Origin: Callorhinchus milii
Lineage: Eukaryota
Direction of reading: 5' to 3'
Assembly: GCF_018977255.1 (NCBI RefSeq)
Contig: NW_024704742.1
Coordinates: 109,246,001 to 109,310,000 of the forward strand
DNA: 64,000 nucleotides
In this document: positions 26,400 to 38,512 of the stretch, in pieces
How positions within the stretch are numbered: position 1 is the stretch's first letter
Layout: each line of letters opens with the position of its first letter
Position numbers and translations under genes: made by a program
Notes under the pieces: model-generated
What the model was told of the DNA's origin: nothing
The model's input: the letters and a program-made list of their open reading frames with translations, nothing else
Databases searched by the model: none

Positions 26400-26822
26400 T
26401 TAATAATCTTTGTATTTGGTCACATTATCAAGACATCTCTCAACACTTCACAGGATTTACTGTAAAGTGCAGTAATTGTGTATTTTGTACGCGAAAATGA
26501 TAGCCAATTTGGCACAGCAATGTCTCACAAATAACTATGAAGTGAATGCCCAATTTTATTTGGAGGTTTATTGGCCAGGACACAAGGAGAAACTTTTCTC
26601 TCTTTTTAAATAGTGCCACGGGATCTCTAAGATCCACGAGAACAAGCAGATAGAACCTCAATTTAGTATCTCATCTGAAGGATGGAACCTCCAACAACAC
26701 AGCACACACCCAGCACTGCACTGGAGGGTCAACCTGGACCATATGAGTTCAAAGTCCCGATGTGGTGTTTGAACCCACAATCTTCTGATTCAGAGACCAG
26801 AGTGCTACCATCTGAGCCAGGT
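26400..26822 (-). mobile_element. DeuSINE-like element, near full length
   Basis: tRNA head (CTGGCTCAGATGG...GGGTTCAAA), Deu core and shared tail. Confidence 0.75.
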
Positions 26823-27574
26823 TGTTTTACTAGCAGTATTTTTGCACAAACTCTTCCAAACATATTATACAACAACAACAGCAACAACAACAACATGTTA
26901 TTGTAGCTTTCTCAATTGAGACATACAAATTTTCTCTGGTTTGGTTCACCGCAGGCAGCAAAAGATGTGAGATTGGGCAGAATTGCAAAGACTGAAAGAG
27001 TTGAATTTTTGCTGTGAAGCTCCACAGATCTATACTATTATTTAGTTTTCGTTTGCACTATTGTTTATGGTCCATTTAATTTCACAATGTTTTCCATCAG
27101 ATGTTTTTGCGCCAAATTAAATAGGTGACAAAAAAAAGAAGAAAATAATAACAAATTGCATTTATGGGCATTTCGCTCATAAAAAGCACATTCAATCCAC
27201 TTTTAAGTGTATCATGTAAAGTACTTTGAGATATCTTGATGACGCGATAAGGCGCTGTATCAAATGCAAGGATTATTATTGATATTATTATATAGTGCCT
27301 TTCACTTTGGGAGGACAAGGACTTAATATATAAAAACTTTCCTCAGATATAATGGGATAGACAAGTGCAATACTTTGTGGTTACAGGAACATTAGCACTT
27401 CATAGGTGGAAAGGCACTACACAAATGTAATTTTGTTGTTGTTTGCTGTTATCTGATTTCCTGCTTGGTGGCTTCTCTGCCTAACTATCTCACTCAACAG
27501 TTTACCAAGCCTGAGATTCCTAAATACCCCAGTGTTGGTGCAGTTCACTAAATGCGGTATGCATTATAGTAAAA

Positions 27575-27945
27575 ATAATCCTTACATTTGGTATAGTGGC
27601 TTTCACATAAAGAGGACATCCCACAGCATTTCAGTATAAAGTGCAGTGACTGTGTACCTTGTGGATGAACACAACAGCTTATTGTGCACAGCTGTGCCCC
27701 ACAAACAACCATGAAGTGAATGACCAGGACACAGGGAGAAACTCCCTTTCCTTTTTGAATAACGCCATGGGATCTTTAGCGTCCATCTGAACAGGTAGAT
27801 GGTTCCTTGGTTTAACGTCTCATTCGAAGCACAGAACTTCCAACACTGCAGGACATCCCCAGCAGCCTAGACTATATGAGTTTGAAGTCCTGGAGCTTGA
27901 ACTCACAACCTTCTGTTCGAGTAGTGAGTGCTACTAACTGAGCCA
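27575..27945 (-). mobile_element. DeuSINE-like element, near full length
   Basis: Deu core GAGACGTTAAACCAAGG...AAGATCCCATGGCG on the minus strand. Confidence 0.75.
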
Positions 27946-27949
27946 GACT

Positions 27950-29175
27950 CTGATGGTAGAGCGAAGGATGTGAGGGATGAGCTGGAGGCCGGTGCCAGTC
28001 GAGCTGAAGCACCTGGTGGTGGGGAGTGAGGAGGTCAGAGAGGTAGGGAGGTGCCAGAGAGTGAAGGGATTTGAACACAAGTGTGAGGATCTTGAAGTCA
28101 ATCCGTTCAGTGATGGGGAGCCAGTGGAGCCTGGCTAGAACTGGTGAGATGTGGGTACGAAATTTGGTCTGTATCAGTATGCAGGTGGCAGAGTTTTGAA
28201 TGAGCTGGATCTTTTGAATAGTCGAGCTGGGGAGACCAGCGATGAGTGTTTGGAGTAATCCAAGCAGGAGGTGACAAATGCGTGAGGATTTTGGCTGCTT
28301 TTGGGGTAAAGTACGGTCGGGTGCGGGCAATGTGGTGGAGGTGGAAGAAGGCGGTCCTGGGCAGGTACTGGATGTGGGGGAGGAAGGACAGCTGGGGGTT
28401 GAACTGGACAACTAGATTGTGCACTGGTTCGGTGAGTCTGAGGGAGAGCCCAAGGAAATTGAGGAGTTTAGATCCGCAGGAGTGAAGACATTAACAGGAG
28501 CCAAGGAATATCTATCTCGTACACATTCAGCTGCAGGAAGTTTACACTCATCCAGGCCCCGATGTCTGCCAGACAAGCTGATAGACCATCGGTGGACTTG
28601 GAGTTGGTACTGGAAGAGGCAAAGTAGATTTGTGTGTCATCCGCATACATTGGAAGTTTACTCCGTGTCTGCAGGTGACATTGCCCAGAGGGAGCATATA
28701 GATAAGGAAAAGAAGAGGGCCAGGGATGGAGCCTTGGGGTATTTCGCAGATGACCCGGTGGGGGCGGGACGAGAAACCATTTGCTGAGGTGAAGTGGAGG
28801 CAGTTGGTTAAGTAGGACACAAATCATGTGAGTGCGGTCCCACTAAGTTGGATGAGAGAGGAGAGGCGAGGGTGGAGGATGGTGTGGTCGACTGTATCAA
28901 ATGCGGCAGAGAGATCCAGAAGGACGAGGAGGCAGAGGGAGCCCTGGTCACAGATAGAGAGGACATTGTTCATGACTTTGACAAGCGCTGTCTCTGTGCT
29001 GTGGACGGGGCGAAAACCAGACTGCAGAGGCTCGAGGAGGGAGTGGAGGGAGAGGTGTGACCAAAGTTGACCTGCAACAATGCGTTCCAGGGCTTTGGTA
29101 AGGAAGGGTAGGTTGGAAATGGGATGTAGTGTCAGAGATTAGAGGGATTGAGGTGTTTTTTTTGAAGAGGGGTTT
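27950..29175 (-). mobile_element. L2 LINE ORF2 fragment (~1.2 kb, frameshifted)
   Basis: IPQGSIPGPLLFLIYMLPLG, MYADDTQIY and HISPVLARLHWLPITERIDFKIL across frames. Confidence 0.93.
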
Positions 29176-30629
29176 GTTTACTCTGAGTTAGTGTAGAAAT
29201 GTCACCTGAATACCCCGTTTTCTTGTATTTGTAAAGCAAATCTTTTTGCTGACAGTAATTAATATATAATAATAATCCTTGCATTTGAAAAAGCTCTTTT
29301 CACATCTTGTAGATATCTCAAAGCACTTCAAAGAATATACTGTAAAGTGAATTAATTGTATATGTGTGCACAAAACGTGGTAACCAATTGTGCACAGCAG
29401 TGTCCACAAACAGACATGGATAGAAGTGACCAATTTTATTGTATTTTGTCTTGAGCGATTGTCAGGCATGTGGAGTAACAAAACTTGCCCAGTGTTTTGC
29501 CTTGCCAGTAGGAACGAAGATGTTCTTCTTCTATAGCCCATGCTTCTGAAGAAAGAGAGATAGATACGGTCAATTGATGTTAGTTTAAAGTGCTCTATGT
29601 TCAGATACATTTCAACTCCTGTATGGGCACTTTCAGGAGTTTGAAACAAAGGAATAATAATTGAAAATATTTCTATGTTACTTGAAGTGGGGGGTGAGTC
29701 AAGGAGAAGTGTTAAGAGTTTTATCTTGGGCAATCTTTTTCCTGTGGGTATTCACTTATATCAAGAATGTCCCTAATAGAAAATATTTTGAGGACTTGAG
29801 GACTGATATTCAATATGATTAATGTCCCACACTTTATTATTGAGAAATCTAGTGAAAGAGCCCATGTGTGTAGTGCTGGACTACACTGTACTGTAGTGCA
29901 AGTTAGTACTGAAGAGAAATGAAATAAATTTGCAGTGGCATACTGGTTAGATTGGGCCAAGGTTTGGTTAGAAAAGACTGCCGATCGTAGAAGAAGGGAA
30001 ATCAAAGGAACTTGATGATTTCCACATTCCTGAGTTCCTGGGAACAAGCTAGAGAATGACCAACACTTCTGTTTTGTCCATTACTTTCTCATCAACATTT
30101 ATTCAGTTGGTCCCACAGCAAAGGTGAGCAGGAGAGGCCAGATGTGTGAGCGGGAAAGCCAATGGTGGAAAGTCAACTGGCTATTTTTGCATATGGTTAT
30201 GGGATTCAAGGGTTAGGTCTATCTTAAGCTTATTAAGTCTGTTCCCACGGGTCTCAGGTGTATGATTGAAGTGGGTTATGGGCAATTTCAAAAGATTTAT
30301 GTACTTTGCAAAACGAATGATTGATTCATTCAAATCTGCATGCAAGTTGTTTCCTTTTATTTACAAACGGAATGAGAAAAGATGTCAGTGGAAACATGGA
30401 AATGGTATCTATCAGACCAGGTGGTGAGACTGTCTCAAAACTTGTGAGCTTTTCAGGCTTGGGACCTGCTATATATGAGTTGTGCTATGTTCTCCATTAC
30501 TCTATAGTTTTGCATTTTGGGCTTTTGAGCACAAAAGAAAGCAGGAATGATTTGCTAATCCTGTGCCCACTCACAGAACAACACTTGGTAATGCTTAAGA
30601 AAAACAAATTTAACAAAGTTTAGTGCATT

Positions 30630-30920
30630 TATGCTCCATGTACCCCACCTGGGCCCCCCACTATCAGCGGTTGTGCCTTCAGCCTCTCTGCCCCCACCCT
30701 TTGGAACTCCATGCTGGAATCCCTTCACCTTGCTCCCTCCCTTGCCTCCTTCAAGGCATATTCTCAACACCCTCGTTTATCACTGCACCTTTGGCTACCT
30801 TCCTACCCCTACCTTCCCTGCCCTCAAACCCCCTGCTTGGGTCCAAATGCCTAACTGTCCAGCACCTTGGGATGTCCTCCTGATGTGAAAGCTGCTTTAC
30901 AAATGTCATTTGTTGTTTTT
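30630..30920 (+). mobile_element. L2 LINE 3' end
   Basis: Similar to 17000-17310; stem-loop and tail. Confidence 0.8.
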
Positions 30921-32714
30921 TCATGTCTTTGTCCCAATCTGGCAAACATCAGTATCCTCAAGTTGAAGGCCCTGTGGGTAGACCTCACCCAAACCTCTGT
31001 TAGTTATGGGCTTGAGGTTTGCTCCTAAGATGAATGTGAATGTTTTGAGTGGTGGCCTATCTTCCAGTCCAGTAAAAGTCACTGAACATCAACTTGGCAC
31101 CTGGTGATGGCCTGGTAAAGTTCAGAATTTGATGAGTGAAGAATCACTGACTTGAATCCATGTTCTACTGCTGAACTGTTCAAACCTTTCAAAAAACGGT
31201 TGCACACATATAATCCTCCTGAATATTGGTTAGATGTTGGTGAATGAACAGCTGAAACAGTGACTGGTTGGAAGAGAAACAAATGCATGAAAAGTGAATG
31301 CTGGAAACATTGTCAGTATATAGTCAATAAAGGTCAACATGGACATCTCTACCTTCAAAAGAGCATTGGTACATTTGATGAGTTCAGAGAAGAGAAATGA
31401 GGATGATTGCAGTTGTCAGAGCTTGAAGATAGGAAGAATGCACCAAGAATTTAAGTTGTGTTCACTAAAGAAAAGAAAATTGAGGGGAGCAGGAGCGGCA
31501 TTCACTTGTTGCACAAACTGCTCTTTGAGGCATGCAAAGATGCTATACCTGTGCATGTTGTCAATGTTGTCTAGCAACCAGTGAGGAGATAGTAAATAAT
31601 GCAAATGTTGTATTTTTCAATGATTGACATACTAATTGTAGTTACAACAACACAATCTGGTCATGCAGCTGTGCAATGTAGACTTTCAGGAGGTAATGGA
31701 ACAATTTCTAATCTTACACAGAGATGTGTAAAGAGTATGAAAACCCAGCTGGTCAAGCAAAAGGCTTATAATGTAGACTTCCAGCAGAAAGATTAGAATA
31801 ATTACGATCCACAATAAAAATGAATTTTGATTTGTGGCAAAACTTTGAAAATGTAAAAGTTTATTCAGTTTCCCCCCCTCTGAAACCCCAAATCAACACA
31901 AGGGTATCATACATCTGTTTGTTGAGGTGAAATTTTCCTGCACACATATACAGATCTATTCAAATCTACTTTGCAAAGTGAATGATACAGGGTCTGAGTT
32001 TCCTTTGAGAGTTAACCATGAAGTGTGTTATTCTTTCCTTGATAGGAAATGTACTGACCTTTGGGCCAGCGCCTTGGGACATGAAAGGCGCTTTACAAAT
32101 GTAATTTTGGATTGTATTACTTTGCTTGCCCGTTAATGAATGTTCAAGGCATCACAACACCACAGCTGAGAGACTGCAGCAAGAGATGTGCTCAGGGATG
32201 CAAACAATGGAGCTCTGTGTGTAATAAAGGATGAATTATAGGACTATTAAGGGCAGATGGCAGGGAGCATTTTGATGAAGTGATTCAAAATTCTTTATTG
32301 AAATATCTGTCTGTTGTTTAGAAACTGAATGTTTAATAGTTGTGGCAAGTCATTATTAGAAATACACTTGGAGCCTATCATTAAAGTACTTCTACCCCAT
32401 CAACCTTTTCGCTTGATCACTAAACTCCGTTCATATGGTCTCTGATGCATTCGGACAGTCATCTGTGTTATGGATGTGTCTCTTCACCTAGCATCAAAGT
32501 GTAATGTAATCAATTTCCTGACAGGATGTTATTAGGATGTTAGGATAATGTTCCAATCCTGATTCTAATCCTGAGTATATATCTAAATTGCTAATGCCGC
32601 TGGATTAGGAAGAAGAGCTGATTGCTCAGGGGAATGGTTCTTTGAACATTCAAGGCCAAACAATAGCTAGATGGCTTTCCTGGTGCCAAGACAAATATTG
32701 GATGATGTTGTGTC

Positions 32715-33000
32715 AACCTGGCTCAGTTTGTGGCACTCTCGCTTCTAAATCAGAAGGTTGTGGGTTCAAACTCTCCATCGAGACTTTGAGCTCATAGTCT
32801 AGATTGACACTCCAGTATATTACTGAGAGAGCACTGCATTGATGGAAATGCCAATCTTCAGTTAAGACATTAAACCAAGTTCCCATCACGCACGTTCAGG
32901 CAAATGTTAAGGGTACCATGGCACTATTTGAAAAGAGAAGGGAGTTTCTCCTGATGTCCTGGTGAACAGTCTGCCAAATAAAATTGATCATTCACCACCT
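32715..33000 (+). mobile_element. DeuSINE-like element
   Basis: CCTGGCTCAGTTTG...GGGTTCAAAC head; CCATGGCACTATTTGAAAAGAGAAGGGAGTTTCTCC core. Confidence 0.75.
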
Positions 33001-34519
33001 GGCAGTTTTTGAAAATTAACTAGGATTTTTACTTTGGTTGTCACACAGCAAAGTGACAAGTGTATAAAGTGTCGGTGTGGGGAATGGTAGTGAATTTTCT
33101 TTTTCTCATTTCCTCCTCCTCACACACACACACATGCACACTCTATGGCTTATAACCTCCCAGCGCACCCTTACATAGGCTCACAAATGAAGAATGAGCA
33201 TCTGCACAAGGTGCTTGAAAGCAGACAGCGCCCCTTGACCCATACCCCATTTGTGAGTCAGGAGAAGGGATGAAAATTGCCTTAAACCCTAAGTTTATGT
33301 TCTGAGTAATGACAGGTACACATTTTCCTCATTTAAAAAGTAATTTGATATTGTTCTGGCTACACTGTAATTTATTGCCTGGTGAAAGATGATTTATGAA
33401 GAACTACTGCTGCAGTCTTAACTGGAAATGTAACGTAATTGTTTTGACAAATTTCCATGTCTCTAATCCTCACAATCCTCTCATAGTCAGGTGGTTTCCA
33501 ACAATTAAGGAAAGAGGCAATGCATTTGTTTAACTGGATACTTCTAGCTCTGCTTTCAAAATATTTAGTACAGTATTTGCAGAATTTCATACCGGCTTCA
33601 TATTTTCATACAAAGGTTAAGTCTGAAAGGTTTAAAACATTTGAAGTCATTTCTGTAACTATTCACAAGGTACATTTTGACATAGCTACAGAATGAAATA
33701 GTGGACTTAAATCTGTTGATGAAAATCATTACGGTTATATTCATTTTTACTGGCCACATGAATTACAATGGACTTTTCTGGTTCTATATATTCCTGTATT
33801 TCCATGATTAAGATATAGATTTGAGTTTAGACTGAGTGCTTCCTCTCTTCAATAATATCAAAAAGTTGAAACTTGCCTTTTTTTCAGGGCCTTTCAACCA
33901 GTTATCTTGGACTACCATTAGCTGCCACAGGAGATTGCAAAATACCCAGCTGGGGAGGACCTCTTGTAAGTATCCCAGTCTGTAAATAACCTTCCTGTGA
34001 CTAGATGCAAGGTGGTGCCTGGATTGACTGTTAGAGTGATTAATCTACCTGTTAATGATTTGACTTGTGACTAGTGTGTAAAGTGCTTTGAGATCTTCTG
34101 ACATGAAATGCACTATATAAATGTAAATTGTATTGAATTGTATCTCTGCCCTTTCCCCATATCCTTTTATAAACCCATTATTCTTCAAGAGTTTGACTAA
34201 TTCATTTTAAGATGTTCTAATTCATGAGGCTTTAATATCAATTAAACCGTATAATAACATGTTTAGTAACTTATTATGTATGTTATTATTTGTTTAACAA
34301 CTTATTATTTATGTTATTTAAAGTTATGAAACTTAATAACATGTTTTACATCCTAATAGCCCGTTGTGTAAAAAAAAAGTTCTTCTATCAGCCACTTTCT
34401 ACTTATGGAATCACAGCACATGTTTCCTGTGCTTCTATTTTATCTTGTGCTATTAATTATCATGTTGAGTTTACACTGCTTTGTTGTATACTTTGAATAA
34501 TGGAATCTGAAGTGTGGAA

Positions 34520-36060
34520 AACATACTTTCACAAGACCACAAGTTTGGTCTAGATGAAGAAGACTCGTTGGCCCATCCAATCTCATCCCTCCAAAACATC
34601 CCTTCATCACTTCATTAAGCTGCTTTTTAAATTAATCTAGTGTCCGGGTCTCTACCACCTTTCCTGCCAACCTGTTTCAGCTCTTGATTACCCTCTGGGA
34701 AAGAAAAGCTTTCTGATACCTGTCCTGAAATTGTCCTTTATAACTCTAAACCTATGTCCTATTGTTGTGCTGCCACGATACATCCTAAAGTATTGATGTG
34801 GGTTTACTTTTGTACACCTTTATGAGATCATCATTGAGTCATCTATTCTCCAGACTGAAGAGCCCTGGTTTGTCTATCTTTTGCTCATTCCTTTGTCAAC
34901 GGGATCATCCTTGTTACTCTCCTCTGCCCCGCTTCTCAGCTGTGCACGGTCTTGTATTCTGGTGACCAGAACTGTACCAGTATTTAAGGTGCAATCTGAT
35001 GTCTGGGTATCAAAACTCAACTGATTTAGCAATATAGCCCAGTGTTCTGTTTGCCTTGTTTATTTCTGCCTCACATTGTCTTGACATAGTGAGCAGTAAG
35101 TCAACTAATGCTGTAGATCTGTAGATCTCTGGTGCTCCCATGCTTTCATTACGTCCTGGATTGACTACGCCAGTTTCCCTTTGTTCTCACCTTCAAAGCC
35201 CTCCATGGTCTTGCTCCCCCCTACCTCTCCGACCTCCTAACCCCATATCAGCCTGTCCGCTCCCTCTGTTCAGCGGACACCGGCCTATTCCTGGTCCCCG
35301 CATTTCCCGTCCCAGCATTGGCAATCGGGCATTCAGCATCTCTGCCCCCACATGCTGGAACTCTATCCCACAATCCCTCTGCCTCACCCCCTCCTTCAAG
35401 TCCCGTCTAAGGACCTTTTTCTTCGACCACCCTCCCACCTCTACTCCCCCAGCTCTCCACCTCTCCTGACCCCAACTTCCAGCTTGGTTACAAAAACCCC
35501 TGACTGTCCAGCACCCTGGGATGTCTTTCTGATGTGTAAGGTGGAATACAAGTGTCATTCTTTTGTTGTTGTTAGCAACTTCAGTCAATTTCATGTAGTG
35601 TTTACGTTTCCATTCTTGGATAATATATGTAGTATCTTGCTTTTATCAGAATACTATTAAACTTCATTTGCCGGTTATTGGCCTGTGTGCATGCCATATC
35701 AAGTTCTCTTTGTAGAATCTTTGCTGCATCCTCTATTTCTACAGTTTCCTCTAATTTGGTGTCATCTGCAAATTTAATTATCTTACACTGGTTCTGTGAA
35801 TCCAGGTCATTAATATATATGAGGAACAGGAGGGATCCCAGTCCCTGAGGCACCCTGCTTAGTACCTCTCCTCATTTTGCTGTAGCTCCCTTCAGCCAAT
35901 TCTGAATCCACATGATGTCTTGCCCTTGATACCCAGGAAACACAGTGTTTGGATGGATGTTTCATGGGATACTGTGTTGAATAACTTTTCAAAGTGTAGA
36001 TACACTACAGCTTCCCACAATCAATTTGGGCTGTGCCTCCTCAAAAAGTCTTATGAAATT
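34520..36060 (-). mobile_element. CR1 LINE fragment interrupted by an L2 3' end
   Basis: VPQG..LLFLIYINDLD...KFADDTKL...LQRELD at 35602-35853; VQFWSP-like motif at ~34960; CR1-like 3' UTR near 34530-34620. Confidence 0.8.
35140..35572 (+). mobile_element. L2 LINE 3' end nested in CR1
   Basis: IGNRAFSISAPTCWNSIP...FKSRLRT; GTT tail. Confidence 0.85.
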
Positions 36061-36120
36061 AGTCAGACAAAATTCAGTAAGTGTTTTCAGCAAGCTTCAC
36101 AAGTAAAGCTAGCTGAAATG

Positions 36121-36400
36121 TTGGGCAAGTTTCCGTACTCCACACGCCTCTGTTTACCTAGCAGTAAGTAGGAACCCAATTGGCAGATTGCTTTTCCGGG
36201 GATAATAATCCCTCAAAATAATAATAATAATAATAATTCGGTCACTCAATTTGGTCTTGACTGTTTGTGGGACACTGCTGTGCTCAATTGGCTGCAACGA
36301 TTCGCCCACAAATACACAGTCAATTCACTTTACAGTATATTCTGTGAAGGCTTTGAGACATCTAGATGTGAAAAGCGCTATATCAAATGCAAAGATTATT
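36121..36400 (+). mobile_element. 5'-truncated tRNA-SINE (longer-body variant)
   Basis: TTGGGCAAGTTTCC...CCTCTGTTTACCTAGCAGTAAGTAGG body and shared 3' end. Confidence 0.85.
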
Positions 36401-36654
36401 TTTATAAAGCTAGCAAGGTGGAAGCACCAATAATAAAGTGTGGTAAGTAGGGTTGGATAATTCCTGTAACTGTGTCACTAAATGTCAGAAGTGCTATAAT
36501 ATTACGATTTGTGGGAAATGTGACTGATCACCTGTTCTGCCTTATTAAAAACAGTTGAGAACCGTTGCAAAGTGAGAAAATAGAGCATGGAAATGTGAGT
36601 TAATATATCCTTCTTGTAGTAATTGTAATATAACAGATGATGGATATCTCACAC

Positions 36655-37030
36655 CATGTCTTCTCATAAAATGCCTCAAATGCTTCACCAGTTTTTACTA
36701 TGAAGTGTAGTAATTGTATATTTGTTGGTGAATTCAGCAGCCAATTTCCCCACAGCAGTGAGCCACAAATAGTCATGAGATCAGTGCCCAGTTTTATTTG
36801 GGGGATTGTGGCTGGGACACTGAGAAGCTCCCTTCTCTTTCGAATATGAGTGCAATGAGATCTTTAACCCAACAGACCACCTCAACAGACAGAACAGAGC
36901 TCAATCTCATCGGAAACGCAGTAACTCCAACAGTGCATCAGCCTAGATTATGTATAAAACTGCTGACCTAGGGTTTGAACCCACACCCATCTGACCCAGA
37001 GGCATGAATGCTATCACCTGAGCCAGGCTG
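36655..37030 (-). mobile_element. DeuSINE-like element (diverged)
   Basis: Head and core similar to the other copies. Confidence 0.65.
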
Positions 37031-38149
37031 ACATCTGGACTGGATAATGAGTGGGCCAATAGAAAAGTGCAGCCGCACCTGTACTGCTACAATGACCCTC
37101 GCCTGCTACAAACCCACATAAATGTTGTTTCTGGCCCATGGGCCACTCACGCTGTTTACCTGACATCACTGTGGGTGGAGCGGCTCCAGACGTTCATGGC
37201 AAGCGGCAAATGAGCTTCACTCAGAGGCTCCGCTGTTGTGATTGTCTCTGTGTGTCTCTATGTGAGTGTGACTATGTCTCTTCTATAAGTGTGTGTGTTT
37301 ATGAGTGTCTCTGTTGCTTCTCTCTGCCTCTGTCTCTTTGTGTCTATGAGTGTATGTGTCTCACTCTCTCTCTCTGAGAATGTGTACCTTTTCCTCCCCT
37401 GGAAGGGTAATATTTCAAATTCAGTGGTTAAGTGCTAATGGAGGGAAGTGCCTGCCCAATTAGGGCATGAAAGTGCATAAAGTTCCCCTGCAGTGTTTAA
37501 ATCCATAGCTGCACTTGTGAATGTTCACCACTTAAGGTATGCAAAAAAAGCAAATGGGTAACAGTTTCTTATTAAAATTCCTGTCGGCATTCAGGCATTC
37601 CTTGGGCAATCAGCTTGCCGAATTGAATCATTAAAAGAGTTTCTCTTTCCTAGATTTTAGTCAGTTTGTTAGTATTTTCAAATTATTTGAAGAATAATGC
37701 CAGCCCCATATTTATGCCCACTATTTTTCTACAAACAAAAAATACAGTCATTCAATTTTATAGTATATCACATGAAGCCCTCTGAAATTTCCTCCTGTGT
37801 TATAAAGATATAGACTTATAGACCTGTTTTAAAGACCTTGTATAGACCTCATTGCTGGTCATCAATCGGGCTGGCATAAAACCATAGGAGAGCTAAATAG
37901 GTTTGGATAAGGACCGTAACTTGAGTTCTAATGTTTTCTTTGCTGTTGATCCAAATCCATGGTAATCCCTCTGAGAAAGAAATTGGGATCTGATCCTTAG
38001 ATTGCCAGCAGGTCCAGGGAAATGCCTAACTCCTTGGTCTAACCAGTTCACTTAGTTTTCAGATCATGTTCTGTGACTCTGAAACAAATACCAATGCATC
38101 GTTAATAAGATGACTAGGATTTTAACAGTTACCAGTTTACTGTATATTG

Positions 38150-38512
38150 ATACCAAGAGGTGTTCAAAATTGTAAAAGGTTTTGAAAGAATAGTGAAAGA
38201 TTATATGTGCAGGTTGATGAAATAGTATTAAGGGGGCATAAACTCAGGATTGTCACTGGAAAAGTAAGTGCAGGGGTTGTTAGGATTATCATAACCCCAA
38301 CCCTAATGGAGGTGGTTATTACAACGTGAAAGAGTAGCTATTGAGGCAGAAACCATAATAGTATTTAAATGGGAATCAAATAAGCATTTGGAGAGGAAGC
38401 ATGTAAAGGGATACTGAGAAAGAGCAGGAGATTAGAATTTAGCTCCAGTTGTTGAACGAAAACCAGTTGAGGCTTGATGGGCTGAATGACCTCCTTCCAT
38501 GTTGTAATTCTA
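38150..38512 (+). mobile_element. Diverged CR1 3' fragment
   Basis: EVFKIVKGF-like remnant, RGHKL-like remnant and GATGGGCTGAATGACCTCCTTC 3' UTR. Confidence 0.65.

Noticed and set aside
27872..29175. Active reverse transcriptase gene
   Set aside because: RT motifs are split over frames with stops; the element is a truncated dead L2.
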